A stretch of 64,000 bases of DNA from Macrostomum lignano (GCA_002269645.1 NIVC01002344.1:117950-181949), one strand, 5' to 3'; counted from the stretch's first letter, positions 13,871-27,552 are shown. Translations and numbers: made by a program. The notes: a model not told the origin generated them from the letters alone.

Positions 13871-14439
13871 CATAATGGGCTTAAGCTACTCAAAGTAGGT
13901 TTAGGCTACTCGCAACAGATTTAAGCAACTTAAACTACTAATAATTAAATCTAATGATAATATTTTGCTTAACAAGTGGTGCGATTTCCTAGCATTTTAG
14001 ATTGTAGTAGTTTTTAAATATATATAGGGCGAAATATTTTCCAAATGCTAGTCTTGTGGCATAGATAATTTCAGTTTTATTGCCGTGTCCAAAAGTTATT
14101 ATTCATTAATTTTAATGACTTGCAGATTCAAATTAGGGTGTTGGAATTCTGAAAAGAATATTTTAATTCGGAATTTTTAAACAGAGAACGTATGTGTTAT
14201 TATGATACTGATTATTTATTAGCAAATTAATTTCTAATTTATTAAAGTTGACTGACTTTCCATTGTTGCATTGTTGAACTGGTATTGACATCAATTTTAA
14301 CATGCCTGCCCATTTTCACTCGCTTTTTATGCTGTCAACTCGTGCACTTTGCTAGATATAATTCAGGCTAACTGGTCATAACACTGGTTTACTTTTATCT
14401 AACAGGCAAATTTTGATTAAAAAATTGTAGACTCATGTC

Positions 14440-16420
14440 ATAGAGGTTCATGTGTGTCTCTTATAGAGTTTCAGGTGTGTCTCTTATAGAGGTTCAGGTG
14501 TGTCTCTTATAGAGGTTCAGGTGTGTCTCTTATAGAGGTTCAGGTGTGTCTCTTATAGAGTTTCAGGTGTGTCTCTTATAGAGGTTCAGGTGTGTCTCTT
14601 ATAGAGGTTCAGGTGTGTCTCTTATAGAGGTTCAGGTGTGTCTCTTTTAGAGGTTCAGGTGTGTCTCTTATAGAGGTTCAGGTGTGTCTCTTATAGAGGC
14701 TCATGTGTGTCTCTTATAGAGGTTCAGGTGTGTCTGTTATAGAGTTTCAGGTGTGTCTCTTATAGAGGTTCAGGTGTATCTCTTATAGAGTTTCAGGTGT
14801 GTCTCTTATAGAGGTTCAGGTGTGTCTCTTATAGAGTTTCAGGTGTGTCTCTTATAGAGGTTCAGGTGTATCTCTTATAGAGGCTCAGGTGTGTCTCTTA
14901 TAGAGGTTCAGGTGTGTCTCTTATAGAGGTTCAGGTGTGTCTCTTATAGAGGCTCAGGTGTGTCTCTTATAGAGGTTCAGGTGTATCTCTTATAGAGGCT
15001 CAGGTGTGTCTCTTATAGAGGTTCAGGTGTGTCTCTTATAGAGGTTCAGGTGTGTCTCTTATAGAGGCTCAGGTGTGTCTCTTATAGAGTTTCAGGTGTG
15101 TCTCTTATAGAGGTTCAGGTGTGTCTCTTATAGAGTTTCAGGTGTGTCTCTTATAGAGGTTCAGGTGTATCTCTTATAGAGGCTCAGGTGTGTCTCTTAT
15201 AGAGTTTCAGGTGTGTCTCTTATAGAGGCTCATGTGTGTCTCTTATAGAGGTTCAGGTGTATCTCTTATAGAGTTTCAGGTGTGTCTCTTATAGAGGTTC
15301 AGGTGTGTCTCTTATAGAGTTTCAGGTGTGTCTCTTATAGAGGTTCAGGTGTATCTCTTATAGAGGCTCAGGTGTGTCTCTTATAGAGGTTCAGGTGTGT
15401 CTCTTATAGAGGTTCAGGTGTGTCTCTTATAGAGGCTCAGGTGTGTCTCTTATAGAGGTTCAGGTGTATCTCTTATAGAGGCTCAGGTTTGTCTCTTATA
15501 GAGGTTCAGGTGTGTCTCTTATAGAGGTTCAGGTGTGTCTCTTATAGAGGTTCAGGTGTGTCTCTTATAGAGGTTCAGGTGTGTCTCTTATAGAGGCTCA
15601 GGTTTGTCTCTTATAGAGGTTCAGGTGTGTCTCTTATAGAGGTTCAGGTGTGTCTCTTATAGAGGCTCAGGTGTGTCTCTTATAGAGGTTCAGGTGTATC
15701 TCTTATAGAGGCTCAGGTTTGTCTCTTATAGAGTTTCAGGTGTGTCTCTTATAGAGGTTCAGGTGTGTCTCTTATAGAGGTTCAGGTGTGTCTCTTATAG
15801 AGGTTCAGGTGTGTCTCTTATAGAGGTTCAGGTGTGTCTCTTATAGAGGTTCAGGTGTGTCTCTTATAGAGGTTCAGGTGTGTCTCTTATAGAGGTTCAG
15901 GTGTGTCTCTTATAGAGGCTCAGGTGTATCTCTTATAGAGGCTCAGAGGCTCAGGTGTGTCTCTTATAGAGGCTCAGGTGTGTCTCTTATAGAGGTTCAG
16001 GTGTGTCTCTTATAGAGGTTCAGGTGTGTCTCTTATAGAGGTTCAGGTGTGTCTCTTATAGAGGTTCAGTTGTGTCTTTTATAGAGGTTCAGGTGTGTCT
16101 CTTATAGAGGTTCAGGTGTGTCTCTTATAGAGGCTCAGGTGTGTCTCTTATAGAGGTTCAGGTGTGTCTCTTATAGAGGTTCAGTTGTGTCTCTTATAGA
16201 GGTTCAGGTGTGTCTCTTATAGAGGTTCAGGTGTGTCTCTTATAGAGGTTCAGTTGTGTCTTTTATAGAGGTTCAGGTGTGTCTCTTATAGAGGTTCAGG
16301 TGTGTCTCTTATAGAGGCTCAGGTGTGTCTCTTATAGAGGCTCAGAGGCTCAGGTGTGTCTCTTATAGAGGCTCAGGTGTGTCTCTTATAGAGGCTCAGG
16401 TGTGTCTCTCATAGACCCGG
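14440..16420. repeat. 23-bp satellite (tcttatagaggttcaggtgtgtc), about 85 units
   Basis: Directly visible. Confidence 0.97.
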
Positions 16421-16794
16421 GTGTCTCTTATTGAGGTTCGGGTGTCAGGTCAAGATCCTTTACTATCGCAGATTTTGTCGGCTTGAAAATTTCCTGACTA
16501 GTTTTATTACCAGCAATGTGCGAGTTGGAATTTTTGCTTTAAACAAAAATTATTTTAATCTTCATTCTTCGTTTTCCATCATTACGACCGTCAGACCGCT
16601 AATGCTTCTTAGTCCAGGCCGCTTGACTTACTCACATGCGCAAATATATTTATGTGTAAAATACCTATTTACCTGATCAGGTTTTCAGGATAAAATTCCT
16701 GACTATCCCATGTACTTGGAATAAATTAAAATTTGACATTTGTTTGAGAAATGCATTACTTTATGTTTCTTCTAAAAAATTACTCAGTTATCTC

Positions 16795-17190
16795 TCTCAT
16801 CTTATCCCACCCGGTTTCTCGCGTGTTCTCATCTCATCTCACCCGGTTTCTCGCGTGTTCTCATCTCATCTCACCCGGTTTCTTGTGTGTCCTCATCTCA
16901 TCTCACCCGGTTTCTCGTGTGTTCTCATCTCATCTCACCGGTTTCTCGTTTGTTCTCATCTCATCTCACCTGGTTTCTCGCGCGTTCTCATCTCATCTCA
17001 CGTGGTTTCTCGTTTGTTCTCATCTCATCTCACCCGGTTTCTTGTGTGTCCTCATCTCATCTCACCCGGTTTCTCGTGTGTTCTCATCTCATCTCACCGG
17101 TTTCTCGTTTGTTCTCATCTCATCTCACCTGGTTTCTCGCGCGTTCTCATCTCATCTCACGTGGTTTCTCGTGTGTTCTCATCTCATCTC
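16795..17190. repeat. ~31-32-bp minisatellite (ctcatctcatctcacccggtttctcgtgtgtt)
   Basis: About 12 units, with a repeated 4-unit higher-order block. Confidence 0.9.
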
Positions 17191-17749
17191 AATTTTTTTC
17201 TCAGGTGTTCACATCGCTCATGTCCCATCTCATTACCCTTATTGGCATGTTGCCAATCACCGATCATCAACGTTTGCTTTCGGCTCGCAGTTTTGTATTC
17301 TTAGAAAACAACTCGCAAAGTAATGAAGTGTAGTCTAGTTGTTAATATTTCCATAACATTACTTGAGAACTTAGGCTCGTGTATTTCATATGGTTTCAGA
17401 TTTAAAAAAATAACAGTCTAAAAGTTTATTACTGTACCCTTGTCACGGAAAGCAGTAACCAGGCAGCTTAATTTCTGGGTGATTGTAAGGTCCTTGTCTG
17501 CACTTATTCCTGCAGCACTGAGAGTCAGTGAAGCATTCCATGTACGATGGACGGCAGTTTAGAGTTGTGGTGGTGGCAGTTAGTATGCCTGCGGTTCAAG
17601 GTAATACAGGTGATTTGCAGAATCAACTTGGGACTGGGGTGTTTGAGTCGTGATTTAGGCTCGTGATTACATTGGGTAAAATAGTTCCGAATTTAGTGAG
17701 CCTTTCGCCGCGTTCGTGTGCCTGCAAGTACTACTAAATGTGTCTAAGA

Positions 17750-19370
17750 GACAGGGGTAGGGGTGTCGGTCTAGGAGGCAGGGGTAGAGGCGTCGGTCTA
17801 GGAGGCAGGGGTAGGGGCGTCGGTCTAGGAGACCGGGGTAGGGGCGTCGGTCTAGGAGACAGGGGTAGGGGTGTCGGTCTAGGAGGAAGGGGTAGCCGGT
17901 AGGGGCGTCGATCTAGGAGACAGGGGTAGGGGCGTCGGTCTAGGAGAGGGTAGGGGCGTCGGTCTAGGAGACGAGTAGGGGCGTCGGTCTAGAAGACAGG
18001 GGTAGGGGCGTCGGTCTAGGAGACAGGGGTAGGGGTGTCGGTCTAGGAGACCGGGGTAGGGCGTCGGTCTAGGAGAGGGTAGGGGCGTCGGTCTAGGAGG
18101 CAGGGGTAGGGGCGTCGGTCTAGGAGGCAGGGGTAGGGGCGTCGGTCTAGGAGACCGGGGTAGGGGCGTCGGTCTAGGAGATAGGGGTAGGGCTGTCGGT
18201 CTAGGAGACAGGGGTAGGGGCGTCGGTCTAGGAGACCGGGGTACGGGCGTCGGTCTAGGAGAGGGTAGGGGCGTCGGTCTAGGAGACGAGTAGGGGCGTC
18301 GGTCTAGAAGACAGGGGTAGGGGCGTCGGTCTAGAAGACAGGGGTAGGGGTGTCGGTCTAGGAGACCGGGGTAGGGCGTCGGTCTAGGAGAGGGTAGGGG
18401 CGTCGGTCTAGGAGGCAGGGGTAGGGGCGTCGGTCTAGGAGGCAGGGGTAGGGGCGTCGGTCTAGGAGACCGGGGTAGGGGCGTCGGTCTAGGAGACAGG
18501 GGTAGGGCTGTCGGTCTAGGAGACAGGGGTAGGGGCGTCGGTCTAGGAGACCGGGGTAGGGGCGTCGGTCTAGGAGAGGGTAGGGGCGTCGGTCTAGGAG
18601 ACGAGTAGGGGCGTCGGTCTAGAAGACAGGGGTAGGGGCGTCGGTCTAGGAGACAGGGGTAGGGGTGTCGGTCTAGGAGACCGGGGTAGGGCGTCGGTCT
18701 AGGAGAGGGTAGGGGCGTCGGTCTAGGAGGCAGGGGTAGGGGCGTCGGTCTAGGAGGCAGGGGTAGGGGCGTCGGTCTAGGAGACCGGGGTAGGGGCGTC
18801 GGTCTAGGAGACAGGGGTAGGGCTGTCGGTCTAGGAGACAGGGGTAGGGGCGTCGGTCTAGGAGACCAGGGTAGGGGCGTCGGTCTAGGAGAGGGTAGGG
18901 GCGTCGGTCTAGGAGACCGGGGTAGGGGCGTCGGTCTAGGAGACAGGGGTAGGGGCGTCGTTCTAAGAGACAGGGGTAGGGGCGTCGGTCTAGGAGACGA
19001 GTAGGGGCGTCGGTCTAGAAGACAGGGGTAGGGGCGTCGGTCTAGGAGACAGGGGTAGGGGTGTCGGTCTAGGAGACCGGGGTAGGGCGTCGGTTTAGGA
19101 GAGGGTAGGGGCGTCGGTCTAGGAGGCAGGGGTAGGGGCGTCGGTCTAGGAGGCAGGGGTAGGGGCGTCGGTCTAGGAGACCGGGGTAGGGGCGTCGGTC
19201 TAGGAGACAGGGGTAGGGCTGTCGGTCTAGGAGACAGGGGTAGGGGCGTCGGTCTAGGAGACCGGGGTAGGGGCGTCGGTCTAGGAGAGGGTAGGGGCGT
19301 CGGTCTAGGAGACCGGGGTAGGGGCGTCGGTCTAGGAGACAGGGGTAGGGGCGTCGTTCTAAGAGACAGG
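17750..19370. repeat. ~26-27-bp G-rich satellite (gtcggtctaggagacaggggtaggggc)
   Basis: About 60 units with paired G4 tracts. Variant units recur at roughly 315-bp intervals. Confidence 0.95.
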
Positions 19371-19855
19371 GCGCAACCCACCAACAAAAGACAGGGACGT
19401 CTAGAGCAGAACGTTCAGAGATATTTAAGAACGGAGCTTTTCTTTCTGTCCCGTAATTACTTAGCCATGAGTAGGCGAGAGCGTTAAATATAGCTGAATG
19501 TTTGAATATGACTTACATGTACTAACAATAAGCAGGAGTACGGTCCATGAGCGTGCAATCGGTTTTGGCTGGCTGGTCATGTTTATAACTTGTTTATAAC
19601 TAGGTATATTATTATTAATGCATTTAATTAAATGTCTTTTATTTCGTGGTAACAGTCTTGAAAAAGCTGCTTGTCGTCTTATTCGAAAGCGCTGAATTAA
19701 AAGCATTTGTCTATGGAAAAGTTTTGCTAATTTTATTTACCATAGAAAAGAAAGGACTGGAAACTCGGCTTTAGTGAGTAAGAATAAGTCTGGGGCTGGC
19801 TGATTTCAATTTAAGACGGACACGTATATTTATCAGTGTTTCTTACTAAACAGTA

Positions 19856-20455
19856 CGAGGGGTGTCCGAAAAATAGTGTTTACTTTTACTTGTTGCGCAC
19901 TTTTGGTCAGCTGCATATTGACATAAATTTGGTGTCGTTTGAAAGTGGCAAGTCTCTTCTTTAAAATGACTTAGACCGCGATTGATTTGGATTAGTATTC
20001 AAAGAGATATGTGCACTTGAGTAGAGGGAGATCGTTCATAGACTTTCAGAAGATCAAACACGAGCGTACCTGCTAAAATTAGCATTCTGCTCAATGGCAA
20101 TCCATATTTTTGCATGCATGAGTTGTTTTATGGTCAAATGTCTCTCAGTGAAAAGAGAGACAGTCTCAGTCCACAGTCCACAGTCTGTAGAAGATGAGTC
20201 ATGTCAAGCTGAGTTCCCATTGCGTTCCCTGATGGCTCATTGAGGACATGAAGCTGGATCGTCTGTACATAAGACTTGTGTCTGAGGTTCTTTAAGTCTA
20301 TGACCGATCTTCTACTTAAGTGTACATATCTCTTAAAATATAAATCCAAATGGATCGCAGTTTAAGTCATTTTAAAAAACAGACTTGCCGCTTTCAAACG
20401 ACACCAAACATGTGTTTGCTACAAGTAAAAGTAACACTACTTTCCGGACATCCGG
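19856..20455. mobile_element. Degenerate Tc1/mariner-like MITE
   Basis: Begins TA|cgaggggtgtccgaaaaatagtgtttacttttacttgt. An imperfect inverted copy of the first ~200 bp lies at ~20270-20455 (acaagtaaaagtaacactactttccggaca). Confidence 0.6.
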
Positions 20456-21255
20456 AAAATCCAAGAATTTGTCAATAAATCTAACGACGGACGCATTAAC
20501 GAACAAGGAAACAAAAGAACGAGATTGAACCCAAAAAACCAGAGAACAAGAGTTACATATAAGAACGTTTCTGCAACTTATATGGTGCATCCGGCACTGC
20601 ATTCAGAAGCCGATTGAGGTCTTCTATCTTGAGTTGCAGTCTCACTTTTGATAACCAATCTGCATCTAGAATTACTTCAGTTTCGATCCGCGCTACCAAT
20701 GTAGTAGACATGTACAGGAACTTTTTATCATCATTCTAATCACCCTGTACATCTTCCCATCCCCAAGCAGTGCAGTGATGGAGTATTTTTCTCAGTCTGT
20801 TACTATGAAGAAAGTTCTTGGGATGACGTTTTTTATACGTTCTCAGGCTTTATTTGCTCATTAAAAAAGACTTGAGATTCTTTTCTATATACCTGCTAGA
20901 TTCAGAAGTAACGAAGCGAGGCAATGAAGTCTGCTGTTTTACTTCTCCTTTCTTTTCCGGCACCAAACATGCCAGTTTAATTGTAGTTAAGCTCCTTTTC
21001 TTGCCTCTCAAAATCAAGTCGCGGCGACGAAGTCTGCCTTCTCCAGAGCCTAGCTTGGTTCGCTGGAACCAGTATTTCTAAGAAACAGCTTAATTGCGTT
21101 ATTTTCAACTCAAAGTAAAAAACACATATTTTTACCAAAAAACTTTGAAAACTTCCTTTCACAAAACTGTTTTTTTTTCCAGTGTAAGCCGGCTTCAAGT
21201 AAAAGTCGAGGTTCAAGTTTAAAGTTATAAAGTTCTCCAGAATCCGCTGGGAACA

Positions 21256-21921
21256 TTAGCGCACATAGTAGTCTCCAGCGATGTCCTTCAGGCTGGAAGG
21301 CAGGTAGGCGACCTTCAGCAGGTGGCACAGCAGCTGCTGACGAGCGAACAGCACAGCGTGGCAGTCAGCGCTGGCCTGGCACAGCGTGGCGCACTCGATG
21401 TCCGACCTGGCAGCGATGGTCCAGAAGGCCTCGGTAGGCACACCAGCAGTGATAATCGAATGCGGTCTCTCTAGCCGATGGAACCCGTCAGCTGAAAGGA
21501 TTAAGGCTTAACTGACAATTAACCTCGCTAAAGTGACTCCAGCTACTTATTCAGCGAGCTCACAGGTGTACACCTGGGCGAAAACCGAATTTCGGCTGCT
21601 GCCGCCGCAAATCTGACGCGAGTTTCCAGTGCAGGTCATGTTGCAGTCGGCCTCATTAGCGACTCCATGCAGTCCGTAGGAGTTCCCGCAGAAACATTGC
21701 GAGCGGAATTGCACACCGAAGTAGCGATACTTGTCCTGCGAGCAGGTGTCGCTGCAGAACTTCCGTGACATGCTCACATCATCAAAAATCGTGCGTCCGT
21801 TTAAGTCTCTGGACAACGCACGGTCTGCAAAGCAGCCGACATAGGAGAACCTGATGACCTTTTCGGCCGAAATGGCTATCAGAAAAATTGAAACAGAGTA
21901 GGCTATCGAATATAAACTCAT
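21256..21921 (-). CDS. Secreted WSC + PAN/apple-domain protein, copy 1 (2 exons: 21921-21564 and 21491-21256; 197 aa)
   Basis: Signal peptide. WSC motifs YVGCF, C-x3-C, YFGVQFRSQCFCGN, CNMTCTGN...CGG. A 72-nt GT-AG intron (phase 1) joins exon 2, which carries ECATLCQASADCHAVLF...LCHL. Confidence 0.88.
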
Positions 21922-22084
21922 ATTTTGCGTGCTTTTTGGGCTGAATTGATTCGGAGACAGCCAGTTCAGTATCTATCCATTCTTCGGCTCTTATAAAGAT
22001 TTTGTTCATTCAGTTCTTGCTGATTGGTCGATAATTTTAGTATTTAGCTACAGGCTACAGCCTACACCTTTTCCCAGTGCATTT

Positions 22085-22170
22085 CAACAAACCTTCGCTT
22101 CCAGGTCCGACATTGAGTGCGCCATGCTGTGCTGTGCCACCTGCTGAAAGTCGCCTATTCTGCCTGCCAG
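22085..22170 (+). pseudogene. Internally deleted relic of WSC-PAN exon 2
   Basis: ccaggtccgacattgagtgcgccatgctgtgctgtgccacctgctgaaagtcgcctattctgcctgccagcc matches exon 2 of both copies, with a central deletion. Confidence 0.7.
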
Positions 22171-23097
22171 CCTTTTGCGGCAAAATAATGTGCATAATCC
22201 TAGCTGACAATTTACAGGCAGGGCATCGAAATTACCAGTCCATTGGCCGGTACACAAGCGCATTTCTGAAAACCGCAAGCTGGAGCTGTTTCGTTTTACC
22301 CTTTCGTTGAAGTTAAAGTCTTCAGCATTTTGCTGGATGAATTATACATCCTTGTACATCGACTGTTCGTACTGAAGTTGTACCATAGGTGCAATAGCGC
22401 AGTGCACAAACGCGCAAATTCTGACCACGGTGTGGCCCGCAAAATCGAAGGACAATATGGATGGGCTGCATCGAAAGAAACCAGCTAACCTGCCTCGACG
22501 TTTTCGCTCGTTTCTGCCCTATGCAGCTCATCAATTTTGGCTTTTACTCCAAAAGACGTGAGGTGCTACAATTCATGTTATCCAAAAAATGAGACCTTAA
22601 ACAGACTGAACTGCTACTGTAGCGACGTGGGTTCGAATTATGACAGTGCAAATCCTTTTATTTAAAGCTTTTTTAATGTAAAGAAAACTTCATGTAAAAA
22701 ATGAAAGAAGCATCAAGTCAGACAAAAGAAACATCATGTAACAAACCGTCGTGTAAAAAAACTTCATGTCAAGCATAAAAGAAGCGTCTTGGGGAGAATT
22801 GCTGAGATGTCAAGGCTTACGTTCGGTGGAAATTTCTGAGATGTAAATCCTGAGGTCAGAAGCTACGAATAGCTACTTTATTCAAAAATTTTATTCCATT
22901 CTTTGTTGGTTTCCTAACGGAGTGGGATGATTGCCAGTAAATACTAAAATTGTGAACCAATCAGACAAATTCTTGCCTTTCAGCCAGAACTTTGGATTCA
23001 TCTTCCGCGAGTTGAAAAATATTTATAAGAGCGGAAGAATGGATAGATACTGCACTCACTGTCTCCGATTCAATTCAGCCCAAAAAGCACACAAAAT

Positions 23098-23759
23098 ATG
23101 AGTTTATATTCGATAGCCTACTGTGTTTCAGTTTTTCTGTTAGCCGTTTCAGCCGAAAAGGTCACGAAGTTCTCCTATGTCGGCTGCTTTGTAGACCGTG
23201 CGTCCAGAGACCTAAACGGACGCACGATTGATGATGTGAGCATGTCACGGAAATTCTGCAGCGCCGTCTGCTCGCAGGACAAGTACCGCTACTTCGGCTT
23301 GCAATTCCGATCCCACTGTTTCTGCGGTAACTCCTACGGACTGCATGGAGTCGCTAATGAGGCCGACTGCAACATGAACTGCACCGGAAACTCGCGCCAG
23401 ATTTGCGGTGGCCACAGTCGAAATTCGGTTTTCGCCCAGATCTATACCTGTGAGTTCGCTGAATAAGTAGCTGGAGTCACTTTAGCGAGGTTAATTGTCA
23501 GTTAAGTCGCTTCATCCTTCCAGCTGACGGGTTCTATCGAGCGGAGAGATCACATTCGATTATCACTGCTGGTGCCCCTACGGAGGCCTTCTGGACCGTC
23601 GCTGACAGGTCTGACATCGAGTGCGCCACGCTGTGCCAGGCCAGCGCTGACTGCCACGCTGTGCTGTTCGCTCGACAGCAGCTGCTGTGCCACCTGCTGA
23701 AGGTCGCCTACCTGCCTGCTAGCCTGGAGGACATCGCTGGAGACTACTATGTACACTGA
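23098..23759 (+). CDS. Secreted WSC + PAN/apple-domain protein, copy 2 (2 exons: 23098-23449 and 23524-23759; 195 aa)
   Basis: Same architecture as copy 1, with a 74-nt GT-AG intron. Ends ...DIAGDYYVH*. Confidence 0.88.
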
Positions 23760-24989
23760 TGTACCGAGCAGAGTTTTGAATGCTGAACTGGAGTTTTAAT
23801 TCCATTGATCAAATTTTTGAAAAGTTTAACTTATCGAGCAATTATAAATTCGACTCCGAATGAGAGATGCAGACTTACTGACTAATCGGTTTCAACCTGC
23901 CAAAATCTTTGAGACCTCATTTTTGTCTGATAATGGCTCTCAACTAGCCTCATTTTTCTGCTTAAAACTGCAGAGCATTGTTGTAAAACCAAGGCAGGTA
24001 AAGTATAGAAGTTATAGTCATTTTAATGAGCAAATACACTGATAGAAGAACTGACACACAGCGCCGTTCTGTTGTCATCAGCTCTGAATCACATGACAAC
24101 TGTCTTTCTGGGAACAATGCCCCCAGAGGCAGAGTAGGAGTAGGCAACGTTACGAAGAGAAGATATTTTTAGACACACCAAAAAGTGGCAGAATGGTGGT
24201 TTCTTATCTGAGATATCTGCCATATTCGTTTCGACCAAGGCTTTTGCTACTTTGTTGTTAAAATGACAGATATAAAAAAGATGGAAAATTTGTCTTTCAA
24301 AAATTCAAATTCCTGATTAGTGTTAGTTGTAGTTATGGTTCAGTATACATACATCTGTTTTTTATATTGATGTGCCGCTCTATACTTGACGAAAAGGCCA
24401 ACGGGAATTTAGTATTCTTCAACACAACACATTGGCTTCGCAAGCTAGGCCACCCCCCCGCAACCAACTCAGCCCACAGATGCGAGAATAACTAGATAAC
24501 TCAGCACATTTGCGTGTAAGCTACTTTCAGTTCAGTAGTAGGTTAAACGAAAGCATTTGAATGTATTTTTAAAGCCAAGACTTATTTGTTAGCTCTTTAC
24601 CCCCCCCCCCAGCTTAAACCTTCCGACCGCGCCTTTTCACACTACCCCCCGCGCGCCACCAATTTTAATTGCCTTTCTCGGAATTCCAGCCTAAAGCTGC
24701 CATGTACGTTTCAGTGGACTGGCTAATGTACATTAATATTGCTAAACTAATTAGCAAGTTGTTTACGCCTGCAAGCTTGGGCCCGCTTAACTTATCAAAG
24801 TCATTTTAGCTGCCTTTTTTATAAAATAGATTATGTATTCTTCTTTGCTACTGAACTGAAAGTAGAAAGCCTGAGTGGCCCATGTACTCATTTTTAGTAG
24901 CTACTCGTATCTGTGACCCCGCCTAGAACGCCGTCACTGCAAAGTAAACAAGCGCCAAACAGCAAAAGTACACAGTGCTCAGAATTTCT

Positions 24990-25790
24990 CAGTCAACGAC
25001 AGCTTCTGGAACATCGGAGGTGCCAAGGATCAACATCTTGCCACCAGAGCAATTCCTGCCTCAACAGGGCCGTGGAATGAGTTGTGGAAGAACCTTTTTG
25101 ACAACCATCTGTTGGCGGCAGGCTTCGACACTCAACCAGATGGAATCTTTGCAGCGATGCAGCCACCGCGCACCATCTCAAAATTCGAATCGTAAACAGA
25201 CATCGCTGGACGAGATTCGACGAGACCGTGAAGCTGCTGAAGGAGCAGTTTGGTGGCAAGACTGGCGGGCTCGTGCGAGTTCGGCGGCATGATGGATGAG
25301 ATGATTCGCGACCAGAGATCGTGGAGAAGGTCATGCAGCGACAGGCGGACCAGAGGGCGACTGCTCATCGAAGAGGGCCTGACGTTTAAGACGGCGGTGA
25401 CGCTGAGTCAGCAGTGAGAGACCGGCATCGAGGATGGCAAGTCGAGGCGGGGCGAGCGGATGTCCGGCGGAGGCGGCCACAACAGGCGAGAGCCAAAGTG
25501 TCCATAATTCTATCGGAGAGGACCTACCGGAAGCTCCGGGACCAAGGTGCCGCTGCAGCCATCCACCAGGAAGCTCATCGCGTACAACGGCAAAGCTATC
25601 GACACGCTGGAACAGGCGGTGCTGTCAGTCAACTACCGCGGGCAGAGGGTGCCGTTCTTCTGCTTCACAGGAGTATATTAGGGATCCGACATAATGAGCA
25701 CGGATCTGATGCAGCAGCTCAGCTTCCAAGTGGTGAACTGGGATGGTGACCTGGTGCGCACTGTGGACGAGACCAGCAAGTCAAATGTGT
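24990..25790 (+). mobile_element. Degenerate Gypsy/Ty3 (K02A2.6-like) gag-protease relic
   Basis: Frameshifted pieces: PPEQFLP..WNELWKNLFDNHLLAAG, FDETVKLLKEQFG, LAGSCEFGGMMDEMIRDQ, RLLIEEGLTFKTAV, then the retropepsin C-half LQPSTRKLIAYNGKAIDTL...LGSD. Confidence 0.68.
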
Positions 25791-26204
25791 GAAAGGTCGG
25801 CGACTGCATGTACATCAAAGAGCACCAACGGCGATTCGAGTGAATCCGAGCAGTCGGACCTCGCTCGGTCGCAGAGGTAGCTTTGGGAATGTGGTGACGA
25901 CTCATTGGTTGCAATTTCTGCAAAGAAAATTCGAACTTCAAACTTTTTATTTTTGAATATTCCCGTTCGACCGTTTTTGCGATTGTGACTCAAAATCAAA
26001 ACGTAGATGGTTTTCAGGTAGATACATTTATTAAGTATAGCTTGTAAATATACTTATCAAAAGGCCAGCGTAATTAGTTAAATTGTGGCTCAAACCACTC
26101 AAGTCTATCTCAATATAACAACTTGCTGCAGAGCTAAATAGGGAGAAGGAGAAGGATGGAGAGGAAGAAGGAGGGAGGGAGAAGGAGAAGGAGAAGGAAG
26201 GGTG

Positions 26205-26840
26205 ACAGGTGTGACAGGGGCGACAGGGGTGGCAGGGATGACAGGGGCGACAGGGGTTACAGGAGTGACAGGGGTTACAGGAGTGACAGGGGTGACAGGA
26301 GTGACAGGGGTGACAGGGGTGACAGGGGTGACAGGGGTGATAGGTGTGACAGGGGTGATAGATGTGACAGGGGTGACAGGGGTGACAGGGGTTACAGGAG
26401 TGACAGGGGTGACAGGGGTGACAGGAGTGACAGGGGTGACAAGAGTGACAGGGGTTACAGGAGTGACAGGGGTGACAGGAGTGACAGGGGTGACAGGGGT
26501 GACAGGAGTGACAGGGGTTACAGGAGTGACAGGGGTGACAGGAGTGACAGGGGTGACAGGGGTGACAGGGGTGACAGGGGTGATAGGTGTGACAGGGGTG
26601 ATAGATGTGACAGGGGTGACAGGGGTGATAGGTGTGACAGGGGTGATAGATGTGACAGGGGTGACAGGGGTGACAGGGGTGACAGGGGTGACAGGAGTGA
26701 CAGGGGTTACAGGAGTGACAGGGGTGACAGGAGTGACAGGGGTGACAGGGGTGACAGGAGTGACAGGGGTGACAGGGGTGATAGGTGTGACAGGGGTGAC
26801 AGGGGTGACAGGAGTGACAAAAGTGACAGGGGTGACAGGG
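26205..26840. repeat. 9-bp minisatellite (gtgacaggg)
   Basis: About 70 units. Confidence 0.95.
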
Positions 26841-27294
26841 GTCTTCTGAAGTTCTTCTCTTTCCAACATTGCCGACCTCCTGACATGAAATATCATCAAC
26901 AAAGACCAGAAAATTTGCGTATTTAGTTATTGCATTCTTGAAATACAATTAGAGACATGCTTTGCCTCGCGAAAAGCTTCGTCATAAGGAATCAGTTTTC
27001 TGATGAACTTGAGAAGACAAATCACGTTGATTCTTCTTTTGATTAAAATGGAACAGATTTGCTTTAATCCTGATCAGCCAGCAAACCTTTCTTTTGCTGC
27101 AATAAATTCATTGTCATAATTTTTAGGGCATCATTGTGGCCAGGTCACTCCAAGGCCACTTTTTGATGGATCTGGCCGTTTGTGTACCATCTGACTCCTA
27201 TCCGCTTCTGGCCACTTTGTGTGATCGGTGGGAGTTCTTTGTTGTTGTTTTGTTAAGGTCAGTCGGCCACTTTTGATACGAGTATTTGATCGAC

Positions 27295-27552
27295 TATGAT
27301 TTATGATCGCCTATGATTTATGATCGCCTATGATTTATGATCGCCTATGATTTATGATCGCCTATGATTTATGATCGCCTATGATTTATGATCGCCTATG
27401 ATTTATGATCGCCTATGATTTATGATCGCCTATGATTTATGATCGCCTATGATTTATGATCGCCTATGATTTATGATCGCCTATGATTTATGATCGCCTA
27501 TGATTTATGATCGCCTATGATTTATGATCGCCTATGATTTATAATCGCCTAT
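27295..27552. repeat. 17-bp perfect minisatellite (cgcctatgatttatgat)
   Basis: About 15 identical units. Confidence 0.95.

Noticed and set aside
24521-24865. 18-bp perfect inverted repeat pair (ctactttcagttcagtag)
   Set aside because: It could be MITE ends, but there is no clear TSD or second copy, so it is not supportable.
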